From the IMG/VR virus record IMGVR_UViG_2687453623_000004: a stretch of 64,000 nucleotides of DNA; one strand, given 5' to 3'. Below the pieces are notes generated by a model, which had not been told where the DNA came from, made no database searches, and was given only the letters and a program-made list of their open reading frames with translations. Source of the stretch: a virus (Duplodnaviria; Heunggongvirae; Uroviricota; Caudoviricetes). Positions 45,780 to 55,192 of this stretch are shown here, piece after piece. Made by a program: the position numbers and the translations under genes. Numbering within the stretch: position 1 is the first letter of the stretch; each line of letters opens with the position of its first letter.

Positions 45780-46029
45780 TTTCGTCCTGACAGTGTTTAA
45801 TCATTTTTATCTGGCTGGCACACCGTGCCAGCGCGTTCTCAAGCTGCCGGATATCGGCACTTAAATCGCCGTTCGTCTGCGGGTCACTGCCCGGCATCGG
45901 GCAAAGGCTCACTTTCGGGCAGGCGTTGGGGACAATCACTGGCGTCAGTGCAGGCGGGGCGCTGGTGCAACCGGCGCACAGCATCAGGCAGGTCAGCACC
46001 GTACCAGTGGCGAAAATCTTCGTTTTCAT
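45739..46029 (-). CDS. lysC: outer-membrane lipoprotein spanin LysC (Rz1-like), embedded out of frame in lysB
   Basis: 96 aa from ATG 46029: MKTKIFATGTVLTCLMLCAGC… with lipobox L-C-A-G-C; the longer listed ORF start is an upstream extension. Confidence 0.7.
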   Translation of the reverse strand: MKTKIFATGTVLTCLMLCAGCTSAPPALTPVIVPNACPKVSLCPMPGSDPQTNGDLSADIRQLENALARCASQIKMIKHCQDENDAQTRQPAQGAD

Positions 46030-46309
46030 TGAGTAACCTCGTAATGGTTTTCTCGCGCTGTGCTTCACGCTTCGCGGCGTTCTCCAGTTCCTGACGCAGT
46101 ACCACCTGCGCCAGCTCGTTTTTGTCTGCCCTGGAGAGGGCAACATGAAGCTGATTTTTCAGCATGGAGATAGTCGCCTGCTGTTCACTGGCGACGTTGT
46201 TCGCCCTGTCCAGTGAGGCGCGCAGTCTGGCGTTTTTATGCTTCGCCAGAAACAGCCCCGCCACCGCCAGCGATAACAACACGACCAGCACAATCATCAG
46301 CTTTGACAT
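45884..46309 (-). CDS. lysB: inner-membrane spanin LysB (Rz-like)
   Basis: 141-aa ORF with N-terminal TM helix (MSKLMIVLVVLLSLAVAGLFLA) and coiled-coil body. Confidence 0.8.
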   Translation of the reverse strand: MSKLMIVLVVLLSLAVAGLFLAKHKNARLRASLDRANNVASEQQATISMLKNQLHVALSRADKNELAQVVLRQELENAAKREAQREKTITRLLNENEDFRHWYGADLPDAVRRLHQRPACTDASDCPQRLPESEPLPDAGQ

Positions 46310-46722
46310 AATTCTCGCCCCTCAAGACGCTGACGACAGGCTTTACGTATCAGCCGGAAAAACACCGACGCCACAAGGTAAATCAGCGCAGTAAAAATCC
46401 ACCCGGCAGCGACCAGCGAGATAAACGTCGCCACCATCACCACCAGAGCCGCCGCCCGTCTGCGCCACGGCACCGGCTGCAAAAACAGCGACGTGACAAT
46501 CTTCACGGCCAGCGATTCAGGCGGCAGCTCCCGCCCGTAGCGTTCCAGCACATACTCAGTGGCATACACGCCGACACCACCGGCAACCACACAGATAACC
46601 GTCGCCAGAATCGCCCAGGTAGCGACAAAACTGACGGCCACGCTCTGCGGGTAAATCAGGGACAGTGCCAGCATCAGCGCCAGCGACACGTTCAGCATCA
46701 GTGAAAGGGATAATTTCTTCAT
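46297..46722 (-). CDS. lysA: lysis timing membrane protein LysA
   Basis: 141-aa hydrophobic ORF between K and lysB, as in P2. Confidence 0.8.
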   Translation of the reverse strand: MKKLSLSLMLNVSLALMLALSLIYPQSVAVSFVATWAILATVICVVAGGVGVYATEYVLERYGRELPPESLAVKIVTSLFLQPVPWRRRAAALVVMVATFISLVAAGWIFTALIYLVASVFFRLIRKACRQRLEGRELCQS

Positions 46723-46736
46723 GGTGTTTACTCCGT

Positions 46737-47234
46737 TTAAGCCGGTACGCCGCCAGCGGTACGCCAGACGGTGACCAGTTTTTCCAGTGAATGCTCACGC
46801 TGACCGTAACCGGCACCCGGCAGGGACGCCCAGATATTGCGACAGCGTGAAATGGCGCGCTCAATGCGTCCCGCCCGGATGTCATCCAGTGCACCGCGTT
46901 CGCGGATCAACTGAATGGCGAGTCTGTCCTGTGACAACGAACTGAAATCCGGCAGGGCAAGCTGTTTGCGGTAGTGCGGCCAGAACAGATAAAGCTGCTG
47001 ATAGCGACCGGAGGCCGTGGATTTTTCACCGCGACGGTTAAACACCTTCGCCGGTCGGCCATGTGCGAACGGGTGGTCACTGTAGTCGGTGAAAATTTCC
47101 GGCTTTCCGTCCAGTCCGGTGACTATCACGTCATAGCCCCGGTTTTTCGTCAGCGGATGGTTCGCCGTCCCTTCGGACACGGCCAGCATGTCGAGAAAGG
47201 CGGCGATATTCTGATGCGTGTTAATTACCGGCAT
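46737..47234 (-). CDS. K: endolysin K (lysozyme)
   Basis: 165-aa ORF MPVINTHQNIAAFLDMLAVSEGTANHPLTKNRGYDVIVTG… matching P2 gpK. Confidence 0.9.
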   Translation of the reverse strand: MPVINTHQNIAAFLDMLAVSEGTANHPLTKNRGYDVIVTGLDGKPEIFTDYSDHPFAHGRPAKVFNRRGEKSTASGRYQQLYLFWPHYRKQLALPDFSSLSQDRLAIQLIRERGALDDIRAGRIERAISRCRNIWASLPGAGYGQREHSLEKLVTVWRTAGGVPA

Positions 47235-47515
47235 TACTGTTTCCCCCTGCCCTTAAAGCGGCGCTGAATGGCAATCTCAATCACCTGATAACCGGCGATA
47301 CCCAGCATGGAGCCGATGCCGCACACCGCAGGCAGTGACAGGTCAGGAAACTGCACCAGAACAACACCGGCAACCATCGAGACAAAACCACCGAGCAACA
47401 TGCGCCCGATAAACAGACGCGGGGTGATGGGTTCACCACCGGCAAGCACCTTGCCGACAACAATCAGCACCCCAATCATGAAAAGCGACAGGACGCTTTT
47501 TTCTTCTGCTGTCAT
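47234..47515 (-). CDS. Y: holin Y
   Basis: 93-aa ORF with hydrophobic helices and charged C-terminus, matching P2 gpY. Confidence 0.85.
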   Translation of the reverse strand: MTAEEKSVLSLFMIGVLIVVGKVLAGGEPITPRLFIGRMLLGGFVSMVAGVVLVQFPDLSLPAVCGIGSMLGIAGYQVIEIAIQRRFKGRGKQ

Positions 47516-47518
47516 GCG

Positions 47519-47722
47519 TTACTCCCACAGATTGACAGTTTCAGCCACGGGCGCGGTCTGAACGTCGGGCAGTTCGACGGCGGTGCCGTGTGGCAGCACC
47601 GCACCCAGTTCAGCCAGTCCCGGATTTGCGGCGAGCACGGCTTCAACCACGCCCTCAGTGCGCCCGTAATACCGGACACAAATGGCGTCGAGCGTGTCGC
47701 CCTGTAGCGCAAAGGTCTTCAT
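47519..47722 (-). CDS. X: tail protein X
   Basis: 67 aa from ATG 47722: MKTFALQGDTLDAICVRYYGRTEGVVEAVLAANPGLAELGAVLPHGTAVELPDVQTAPVAETVNLWE. Confidence 0.85.
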   Translation of the reverse strand: MKTFALQGDTLDAICVRYYGRTEGVVEAVLAANPGLAELGAVLPHGTAVELPDVQTAPVAETVNLWE

Positions 47723-48231
47723 CAGATTTGACTCACGATGCAGCGCGGCTTGTCCTGGATACGCGCCACCGCCCAGCGCATATCCCGCCACAGTTCATCA
47801 ATGGTGCTGTCAATGCTGTCGGCCTTCTTGTCGCCTTTCGCACTGGCATCCACGCCGCGATAACGCTCATAAAGCGACGCGGTCGCCATCGCACACACGG
47901 CGCGCTCGTAGTAAAAAACTTTGATGCTTTCACCGTCGATGTCGTCCGCCGGGACGTCCGCCAGACGCGTAAAACCGGCAGCAATTTTCTGTTCGCGGTA
48001 CTCGTACAGCTCCGCATTCGTTTCAGCCATGCCTGACTTGATGGCCTCACGCAGACGGGCGGGGGCGACGGTCTGCTCAAGGCGCATACGTTCCCGGACG
48101 CGCTTCGGGTCGATATCGGGAAAAAAGAACGTGTTTTTAATCACCGGCTCGTCGCCTGCCGGTTGCGGGATGACCACCGTACCCTCACCGGATACAGGAG
48201 CCTCCTTTCGCGGAATAATCAGCGTCATCAT
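47722..48231 (-). CDS. L: head completion/stabilisation protein L
   Basis: 169 aa from ATG 48231 (MMTLIIPRKEAPVSGEGTVVIPQ…); the listed 48291 start is an upstream extension. Confidence 0.85.
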   Translation of the reverse strand: MMTLIIPRKEAPVSGEGTVVIPQPAGDEPVIKNTFFFPDIDPKRVRERMRLEQTVAPARLREAIKSGMAETNAELYEYREQKIAAGFTRLADVPADDIDGESIKVFYYERAVCAMATASLYERYRGVDASAKGDKKADSIDSTIDELWRDMRWAVARIQDKPRCIVSQI

Positions 48232-48330
48232 GACTACCTCTGAAAAGTCGGGCGGTGGACGCCGGTGCAGTGTCAGGTGATTCACCGTCACTGACCGGCG
48301 TGCCGCCCTGGCGCGGGGCGCATTCGGTTG

Positions 48331-49074
48331 TTAACTGGCTTTCTTTTTCGGGCGTCCACGTTTTGCCGGGGTCACGCTCCGGGTCTTACGCGGGGCGCGG
48401 GTGACCGCTTTTGGCTGCGGCTCCGGCTTCGGTTTCAGCTCCCGCTCCAGTCGTTCAATCTCTTTTTTGACGCCTGCCTGACAGTCGAGCTGTGTCGCAC
48501 GTTGCAGGTGCGCCAGCGCACCTCCGGCATCACCAGCGTCACGCAGAAACAGACCGGTGATTTTGTGCAGCTTTGCGCGCACTTCATCAGGCATGTCAGC
48601 CGTGGCGGTCAGTTCGAGGGTGTCCGTCAGCAGGCGGGTGTCCACAGACTCACCGGCAGCGTGAGCGCGCATGGCCGCAAGTGCCACCTCCTCGGTGAAC
48701 ATGTACGGCGGGGTGCGGCGGTGTTTACCCGGCATGGTCAGACCGTACTTCAGGGCATAACGGGCAATCTCCAGCGCACCGGCAATATCGCCGGTATCCA
48801 GACGCCACAGCATGACCGTCATCAGAATGTCATCCTGTGCACCTTTGCCCTGCTCCAGCACGCCGTTCACCCACGGCAACCAGAACGGCAGCAGTTCGCG
48901 CTTTTTCGCGGCCTTCAGCTCTTTTGAATAAATCGCTTTCAGTGTGCGCTGGTCTGCGGCCAGCTTGACCAGCATCTGCTCATAGACAGTTGCATGTCGC
49001 AGCGGGGCGGCTTCCCGCTGCGCGGTCATCGCTGCCGAGACCCGCATCATGTGGCGCTGTGCGGGACTCGTCAT
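48331..49074 (-). CDS. M: terminase small (endonuclease) subunit M
   Basis: 247-aa ORF matching P2 gpM. Confidence 0.85.
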   Translation of the reverse strand: MTSPAQRHMMRVSAAMTAQREAAPLRHATVYEQMLVKLAADQRTLKAIYSKELKAAKKRELLPFWLPWVNGVLEQGKGAQDDILMTVMLWRLDTGDIAGALEIARYALKYGLTMPGKHRRTPPYMFTEEVALAAMRAHAAGESVDTRLLTDTLELTATADMPDEVRAKLHKITGLFLRDAGDAGGALAHLQRATQLDCQAGVKKEIERLERELKPKPEPQPKAVTRAPRKTRSVTPAKRGRPKKKAS

Positions 49075-49077
49075 CGG

Positions 49078-50151
49078 TTACGCTCCCGGCTCTGCGGTCG
49101 CCTTAGCCGGTGTGGAGAAATCACCGACCTTAATTTTTTCCACCAGACAACCGGCGGCGTAGTCTTCCACCACGTAATCAATGTTCATTGACTCGTAGTT
49201 CTCCACGCGGTCGAGTTTCGGGTTTTCCACAATCACGCGGCGATGGCTGTCATCCATGTAGTAGATGGACAGGTTTTCCAGCTTCGTGATGAGCATCGCA
49301 TCCGCCGGGAAATACGGGACGCGTACCGCCGGCAGGTTACCGATGCGTTTCTGGCTGATGATGACGTCAGCGGCCAGCATTTCGCTGTTGTCCTGCTCCT
49401 TGTTAACGATGGGGAAATACTTGTCCGCCAGTAGCTGACGTCCCACAATCACCACAAGGTCAGGGTCTTCCTGATACCACGGTTCAATCAGGTTGTTGGT
49501 CGCATCCATCACCAGTGCATCAAGGCTGGCATAATCGCCGCCCTTACCCACGCGGATAACCTCAGAGGTGGTGCGCCCTTCCTCGTCAGTGACCTTGCTC
49601 ATCACGCGCGCCGGGGCTTCATTGCGGTATTTCTGCAACCAGCCGACCGCCACATCCTGCAACATCGGATTGCTGCTGCGGTCAGAAGTTTCGGCACGCT
49701 TCACGCCGTTAAAACCGGCCATGATTAAATCAAGGGACTGGCGTTTGATAATGGCGTTACGGACACGGAGCTGGAAATCCTGATAACGCGCCCACAGGTC
49801 AAGCGTTTTGTAGCGGATATAAAAATCGAAGTTAATCTGGTCGCATTCGTACTTGTTTGACACCAGCTTCGAGAAGTCCTTTGGCTGACGCTCGGTGCCA
49901 CCGGCGGTGTCGGTGGTGCTGGCGATGGAGCCGGTGACACCGATACCAATTTTTTCCCCTTTCATTTCGCTGACCGGCACAATATTGATGCGGGTCAGAA
50001 AATCAGAGGACTCCTGCATGGTGTTCATCAGGGTCTGGGTGACCGACGGTTCAACGGTGAACTTTTTCGACACATCACCGGCGTCGATGCCGTTCAGTTC
50101 GGCAACACGGGACAGGTAGGCATTAAATTTAAAGCGGGTTTCCTGGCGCAT
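49078..50151 (-). CDS. N: major capsid protein N
   Basis: 357-aa ORF MRQETRFKFNAYLSRVAELNGIDAGDVSKKFTVEPSVTQTLMNTMQESSDFLTRINIVPV… matching P2 gpN. Confidence 0.9.
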   Translation of the reverse strand: MRQETRFKFNAYLSRVAELNGIDAGDVSKKFTVEPSVTQTLMNTMQESSDFLTRINIVPVSEMKGEKIGIGVTGSIASTTDTAGGTERQPKDFSKLVSNKYECDQINFDFYIRYKTLDLWARYQDFQLRVRNAIIKRQSLDLIMAGFNGVKRAETSDRSSNPMLQDVAVGWLQKYRNEAPARVMSKVTDEEGRTTSEVIRVGKGGDYASLDALVMDATNNLIEPWYQEDPDLVVIVGRQLLADKYFPIVNKEQDNSEMLAADVIISQKRIGNLPAVRVPYFPADAMLITKLENLSIYYMDDSHRRVIVENPKLDRVENYESMNIDYVVEDYAAGCLVEKIKVGDFSTPAKATAEPGA

Positions 50152-50209
50152 ATTTTTTCCTGAAATTAAGGGTTAATCGTGAAGGTTTTCCCGGACTGAC
50201 TGACGCCGG

Positions 50210-51064
50210 TCAGCAGTTCGTCATCAGGGCGTCACCGCCACCGCCGGTGGCTTTGCTGCGGCGCTGCTGGGTCAGACTTTCGGTGCTGTCGAGACTGTTT
50301 TTCAGGCGGGTGAATGCCTGGCTGGTTTCATCCGCCCTGTCAGTCACTTCCTGCTTAAGTGCAGAAAAGGCGGTTTCCATCTCTGCGAGGCGCTGCTCAG
50401 TGGCGCTCAGTTTTTCCTGCACATGTTCAGCGACAGCGGTCACCGCTTCATGCACGTCATTCAGACGGGCGTCATCGCTGGCCTGTTTGCGGCCAAAAAT
50501 GGATTTCACCTTTTCGGTCAGGGCGGTGAACACGGTTTCAGGCAGGTCTTCAAATTCCAGCTCAACAGGCGTTGCCACTGAAATCAGATTTTCAGGGCTT
50601 AATTTGAAGCGGTTCAGGGGGTTGTGTTTTGCCGTGCGGCAGAATTCCAGGTATTCCGTGCCGAGGCTTGCCGGGTCATCGGTGACGGCCAGCCCCACCA
50701 GATAACATTTGCCGGTGTTGGCAAAGTTCGGCTGAATTTCCATTGAGGTGTAGACCTTCTGCGCGGCCTTGTTCATCGCGATAAGGTCATCGGTCGGGGT
50801 GATTTTCGCAAACAGCGCCCATTTGCCTTTCAGCGCCGAATCATCGTCAATCTTTTCGGCCTTCAGTTCGGCCACATCGCCATAACGCTTAAAAATACCG
50901 TCAGGCAGGATGCCGCGCAGATGTTCCAGGTTAATGCGGCAACCATAGACTCGCGGGTCAAAGGTTTCGGCCATTTCCTGAATATCCTGCGCACTGATGA
51001 CACGCCCGTCACAGGTGTCACCCTCAACGCCGATACGAAAGAATTTTGAGACTTTTTTTGCCAT
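50210..51064 (-). CDS. O: capsid scaffolding protein O
   Basis: 284 aa from ATG 51064 (MAKKVSKFFRIGVEGDTCDGRVISAQDIQEMAETFDPRVYGCRINLEHLRG…). Confidence 0.9.
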   Translation of the reverse strand: MAKKVSKFFRIGVEGDTCDGRVISAQDIQEMAETFDPRVYGCRINLEHLRGILPDGIFKRYGDVAELKAEKIDDDSALKGKWALFAKITPTDDLIAMNKAAQKVYTSMEIQPNFANTGKCYLVGLAVTDDPASLGTEYLEFCRTAKHNPLNRFKLSPENLISVATPVELEFEDLPETVFTALTEKVKSIFGRKQASDDARLNDVHEAVTAVAEHVQEKLSATEQRLAEMETAFSALKQEVTDRADETSQAFTRLKNSLDSTESLTQQRRSKATGGGGDALMTNC

Positions 51065-51237
51065 TGTCAGGAGTCCTGAATAGTGATTAGAGGAGTCACA
51101 TGTCGGCATCAGTTTCCCGACGATACGCATCCTCCGCCATCAGTCCCGGATGGCTTATCACTGACACAACAGCACCTTAGCGAATCGCGGGGCGCGACTC
51201 AGTAGCCTTGCCGTGTATTCATCACGGCGAGGTATTC
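51065..51237. promoter_or_regulatory. divergent late promoter region between O and P
   Basis: Intergenic region between divergent capsid and terminase/portal operons; contains inverted repeat gccgtg-tattca-tcacggc at ~51199-51220. Confidence 0.35.
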
Positions 51238-53010
51238 ATGACCATCACCACAGACACCACTCTTTTACACGACCCGCGTCGTCAGGCGGCGCTGCTGTAC
51301 TGGCAGGGGTTTTCCGTGCCGCAGATTGCCGCCATGTTGCAGATGAAACGCCCGACGGTGCAGAGCTGGAAACAGCGCGACGGCTGGGACAGCGTTGCCC
51401 CCATCAGCCGTGTCGAAATGAGTCTGGAAGCGCGGCTGACCCAGCTCATCATCAAACCGCAGAAAACCGGCGGTGACTTCAAGGAAATTGACCTGCTGGG
51501 ACGTCAGATTGAACGACTGGCACGGGTCAACCGTTACAGTCAGACCGGCAACGAGGCAGACCTTAATCCGAACGTCGCTAACCGCAACAAAGGCGGGCGG
51601 CGCAAACCGAAAAAGAATTTTTTCAGTGACGAGGCCATCGAAAAGCTGGAGCAGATTTTCTTTGAGCAGTCTTTCGACTATCAGTTGCACTGGTATCGCG
51701 CCGGGCTTGAGCACCGCATCCGCGATATCCTGAAATCCCGCCAGATTGGCGCAACGTTTTATTTTTCCCGCGAGGCGCTGCTGCGCGCCCTGAAAACCGG
51801 TCATAACCAGATTTTTCTGTCGGCCAGTAAAACGCAGGCGTATGTGTTCCGCGAATACATCATCGCCTTTGCCCGTCTGGTTGACGTTGACCTGACCGGT
51901 GACCCGATTGTCCTGGGCAATAACGGCGCAAAACTGATTTTTCTCGGCACCAACTCCAACACCGCGCAGAGCCATAACGGCGACCTGTACGTCGACGAGA
52001 TTTTCTGGATCCCGAATTTTCAGGTACTGCGTAAGGTGGCATCAGGTATGGCCTCACAGAGCCACCTGCGCTCGACCTATTTCTCCACCCCGTCCACGCT
52101 GGCGCACGACGCCTACCCGTTCTGGTCGGGTGAACTGTTCAACCGGGGACGCGCCAGCGCCGCCGAACGCGTGGAAATCGACGTCAGTCATAACGCCCTT
52201 GCCGGAGGTCTTCTCTGTGCGGACGGCCAGTGGCGGCAGATTGTCACCATTGAGGACGCGCTGAAAGGCGGCTGCACGCTGTTCGACATTGAGCAGCTCA
52301 AACGCGAAAACAGCGCCGACGATTTTAAAAACCTGTTCATGTGTGAATTTGTTGACGACAAGGCGTCGGTGTTCCCGTTCGAGGAGCTGCAACGCTGCAT
52401 GGTCGACACTCTGGAAGAATGGGAAGACTACGCGCCGTTTGCCGCAAATCCGTTCGGCTCCCGCCCGGTATGGATTGGTTACGACCCGTCACACCGTGGC
52501 GACAGCGCCGGATGCGTGGTGCTGGCACCGCCGGTGGTGGCCGGTGGCAAATTCAGGATACTTGAGCGTCACCAGTGGAAAGGCATGGACTTTGCCACCC
52601 AGGCTGAATCCATCCGCAAACTCACCGAAAAATACAACGTCGAATACATCGGTATTGATGCCACCGGCCTTGGTGTCGGCGTGTTCCAGCTCGTGCGCTC
52701 GTTCTATCCCGCCGCGCGCGACATCCGCTACACGCCGGAAATGAAAACCGCAATGGTGCTCAAGGCAAAAGACGTCATCCGCCGTGGCTGTCTGGAATAT
52801 GACGTCAGCGCCACCGACATCACCAGCTCGTTTATGGCTATCCGCAAGACCATGACCAGCAGCGGACGCAGCGCCACCTATGAGGCCAGCCGCAGCGAGG
52901 AAGCCAGCCACGCCGACCTCGCCTGGGCGACCATGCACGCTCTGTTAAATGAGCCACTCACCGCCGGTATCAGCACTCCGCTGACATCCACCATTCTGGA
53001 GTTTTACTGA
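51238..53010 (+). CDS. P: terminase large (ATPase) subunit P
   Basis: 590 aa from ATG 51238 (MTITTDTTLLHDPRRQAALLYWQGFSVPQIAAMLQMKRPTVQSWKQRDGWD…). Confidence 0.9.
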   Translation: MTITTDTTLLHDPRRQAALLYWQGFSVPQIAAMLQMKRPTVQSWKQRDGWDSVAPISRVEMSLEARLTQLIIKPQKTGGDFKEIDLLGRQIERLARVNRYSQTGNEADLNPNVANRNKGGRRKPKKNFFSDEAIEKLEQIFFEQSFDYQLHWYRAGLEHRIRDILKSRQIGATFYFSREALLRALKTGHNQIFLSASKTQAYVFREYIIAFARLVDVDLTGDPIVLGNNGAKLIFLGTNSNTAQSHNGDLYVDEIFWIPNFQVLRKVASGMASQSHLRSTYFSTPSTLAHDAYPFWSGELFNRGRASAAERVEIDVSHNALAGGLLCADGQWRQIVTIEDALKGGCTLFDIEQLKRENSADDFKNLFMCEFVDDKASVFPFEELQRCMVDTLEEWEDYAPFAANPFGSRPVWIGYDPSHRGDSAGCVVLAPPVVAGGKFRILERHQWKGMDFATQAESIRKLTEKYNVEYIGIDATGLGVGVFQLVRSFYPAARDIRYTPEMKTAMVLKAKDVIRRGCLEYDVSATDITSSFMAIRKTMTSSGRSATYEASRSEEASHADLAWATMHALLNEPLTAGISTPLTSTILEFY

Positions 53011-54044
53011 TGAGCAAGAAAAAAGGGAAAACACCGCAACCTGCGGCAAAAAAAATGACCGCCAGCGCCCCGAAAATGGAGGCATTCACCTTTGGTGATC
53101 CGGTGCCGGTACTCGACCGCCGTGACATTCTGGATTATGTCGAATGTATCAGTAACGGCAGATGGTATGAACCCCCGGTCAGCTTTACCGGTCTGGCAAA
53201 AAGCCTGCGTGCTGCCGTGCATCACAGCTCACCGATTTACGTCAAACGTAATATTCTGGCTTCAACGTTTATCCCGCACCCGTGGCTTTCCCAGCAGGAT
53301 TTCAGCCGCTTTGTGCTGGATTTTCTGGTGTTCGGTAATGCGTTTCTGGAAAAGCGTTACAGCACTACCGGTAAGGTCATCAGACTGGAAACCTCACCGG
53401 CAAAATATACCCGCCGTGGCGTGGAGGAGGATGTTTACTGGTGGGTGCCGTCCTTCAACGAGCCGGCACCTTTCGCGCCCGGCTCCGTGTTTCATCTGCT
53501 GGAGCCGGATATTAATCAGGAGCTGTACGGCCTGCCGGAATATCTCAGCGGCCTTAACTCTGCCTGGCTGAATGAGTCGGCCACGCTGTTCCGCCGCAAG
53601 TATTACGAAAACGGCGCACATGCCGGATACATCATGTACGTCACCGATGCCGTGCAGGATCGCAACGATATCGAAATGCTTCGCGAAAACATGGTGAAGT
53701 CGAAAGGCCGCAACAACTTTAAAAACCTGTTTCTCTATGCCCCACAGGGAAAAGCCGACGGCATTAAAATTATCCCGCTCAGTGAAGTGGCGACGAAGGA
53801 CGATTTTTTTAATATCAAAAAAGCCAGCGCCGCTGACCTGCTGGACGCGCACCGCATCCCCTTTCAGTTGATGGGCGGCAAGCCGGAGAACGTCGGGTCG
53901 CTGGGTGATATTGAGAAAGTGGCTAAGGTCTTTGTCCGCAATGAGCTTATCCCGCTACAGGACAGGATCCGCGAGATAAACGGCTGGCTCGGTCAGGAGG
54001 TCATCCGCTTTAAAAACTACTCACTGGACACTGACAACGGCTGA
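53010..54044 (+). CDS. Q: portal (capsid vertex) protein Q
   Basis: 344-aa ORF MSKKKGKTPQPAAKKMTASAPKMEAFTFGDPVPVLDRRDILDYVECISNGRWYEPPVSFTG… matching P2 gpQ; ATGA coupling with P. Confidence 0.9.
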   Translation: MSKKKGKTPQPAAKKMTASAPKMEAFTFGDPVPVLDRRDILDYVECISNGRWYEPPVSFTGLAKSLRAAVHHSSPIYVKRNILASTFIPHPWLSQQDFSRFVLDFLVFGNAFLEKRYSTTGKVIRLETSPAKYTRRGVEEDVYWWVPSFNEPAPFAPGSVFHLLEPDINQELYGLPEYLSGLNSAWLNESATLFRRKYYENGAHAGYIMYVTDAVQDRNDIEMLRENMVKSKGRNNFKNLFLYAPQGKADGIKIIPLSEVATKDDFFNIKKASAADLLDAHRIPFQLMGGKPENVGSLGDIEKVAKVFVRNELIPLQDRIREINGWLGQEVIRFKNYSLDTDNG

Positions 54045-54213
54045 ACATCGCCGCCTGCGGGCGGCTTTTTTACATCCCGTCATCACGCCCTCACACGCTC
54101 ACCACCGCACAAAACACCCCGCAGACACACCAACGCCCCGGCGCACAATCTAAACGCCATCACGACGCGCTCAGACGCTGAAAAAATAAAATCAGCACCA
54201 CCGCCAGCGCGCA

Positions 54214-54232
54214 GTGCTTTCCCCGCCTCGCC
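54214..54232. other. cos: cos cohesive-end sequence (P2-type 19-mer)
   Basis: gtgctttccccgcctcgcc is the reverse complement of GGCGAGGCGGGGAAAGCAC, which I recall as the P2 19-nt cohesive end; ~170 bp beyond Q. Confidence 0.7.
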
Positions 54233-54336
54233 CGCCCGCTTCATGGGGCGGTTTTAATGCAGATGTATGAATCCGTCAAAACCATGCCGACACTGACGGC
54301 ACTCGAATATGAAAATAACGAATGAGGCATGCAAAC

Positions 54337-54363
54337 TAATGCATCTAATGCATCTAATGCATG
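54337..54363. repeat. three tandem copies of a 9-mer (TAATGCATC/TAATGCATC/TAATGCATG)
   Basis: Directly visible in the sequence, just 3' (minus strand) of the 139-aa cargo gene. Confidence 0.8.
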
Positions 54364-54369
54364 CAAGAT

Positions 54370-54789
54370 TTAATCATGCTCTAAAGGAGGAATATCAATG
54401 TCACTTAGTTGCAGAACCTTGCGGTAAGCCTCAAAAATTATTTGATGTATATTTTTTAAGTCAGCAAGCATTCTCTGCCTTCCTTCTGGAGTGAATTTAC
54501 CATCAGCATGTTTGCGATAAAACTCATGTGCCAAGTAGTTTCTGGCTTTAAGAGCATCTGACACATGCTCCAGTGTATCAGCATCCCCCACCATCCTTGA
54601 CTTCAGTGCGTAATTCAGTTTACCCAGCGTGTACTTATCCATTTCTAGAAACTGTTTTTTCAACGACGCTATATCCCCCCCTTGCTTCATATCATACTCA
54701 GTGAGGGCATTTATTAATTCAGTCTCCAATAATTGGGCAGCTTCCGATGCATAACCAAACTTCCAATACACAGTATCAAGCGTCACCAT
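54370..54789 (-). CDS. hypothetical protein, tin/old-position cargo (no family recognised)
   Basis: 139-aa ORF MVTLDTVYWKFGYASEAAQLLETELINALTEYDMKQGGDIASLKKQFLEMDKYTLGKLNYALKSRM… with RBS ggagaa ~8 nt upstream; AT-rich context. Confidence 0.5.
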   Translation of the reverse strand: MVTLDTVYWKFGYASEAAQLLETELINALTEYDMKQGGDIASLKKQFLEMDKYTLGKLNYALKSRMVGDADTLEHVSDALKARNYLAHEFYRKHADGKFTPEGRQRMLADLKNIHQIIFEAYRKVLQLSDIDIPPLEHD

Positions 54790-55192
54790 ATAACCTATTC
54801 TCCAGATAACAAACTCTATCCGAGATTAAGCCATAATACACAAATAAGTCTAACGCATCGCTGCACTCATTGTTCCCCCCCGCTAACACTAGAAACAAGT
54901 TTCACGGCTAGCGGCGTTCTCTATCATCTGTGTGATGACGGAGCCATTCTGGATGGACTGATATCGTTAAGCAACCCGTAATTCTCCCGGACTAATTGCC
55001 CTCCAACCAACGCATCAAGCATCAGATTTTCGTGCTTCATTATCTGCTGCCGACTGTGAACAAAAGCCATCAGTTTGATACTTTCAGTTGTATTAACTCA
55101 GACACCAACTGATAGGTTACATATCCAGTATTCAATCAGATCTGACAGTTAAGAGGGACGATAACATGACAACCACCGTAACTATTTGAAAG

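Noticed and set aside
51265-51975. 236-aa minus-strand ORF inside terminase gene P
   Set aside because: Antisense to a confidently identified gene; no start context.
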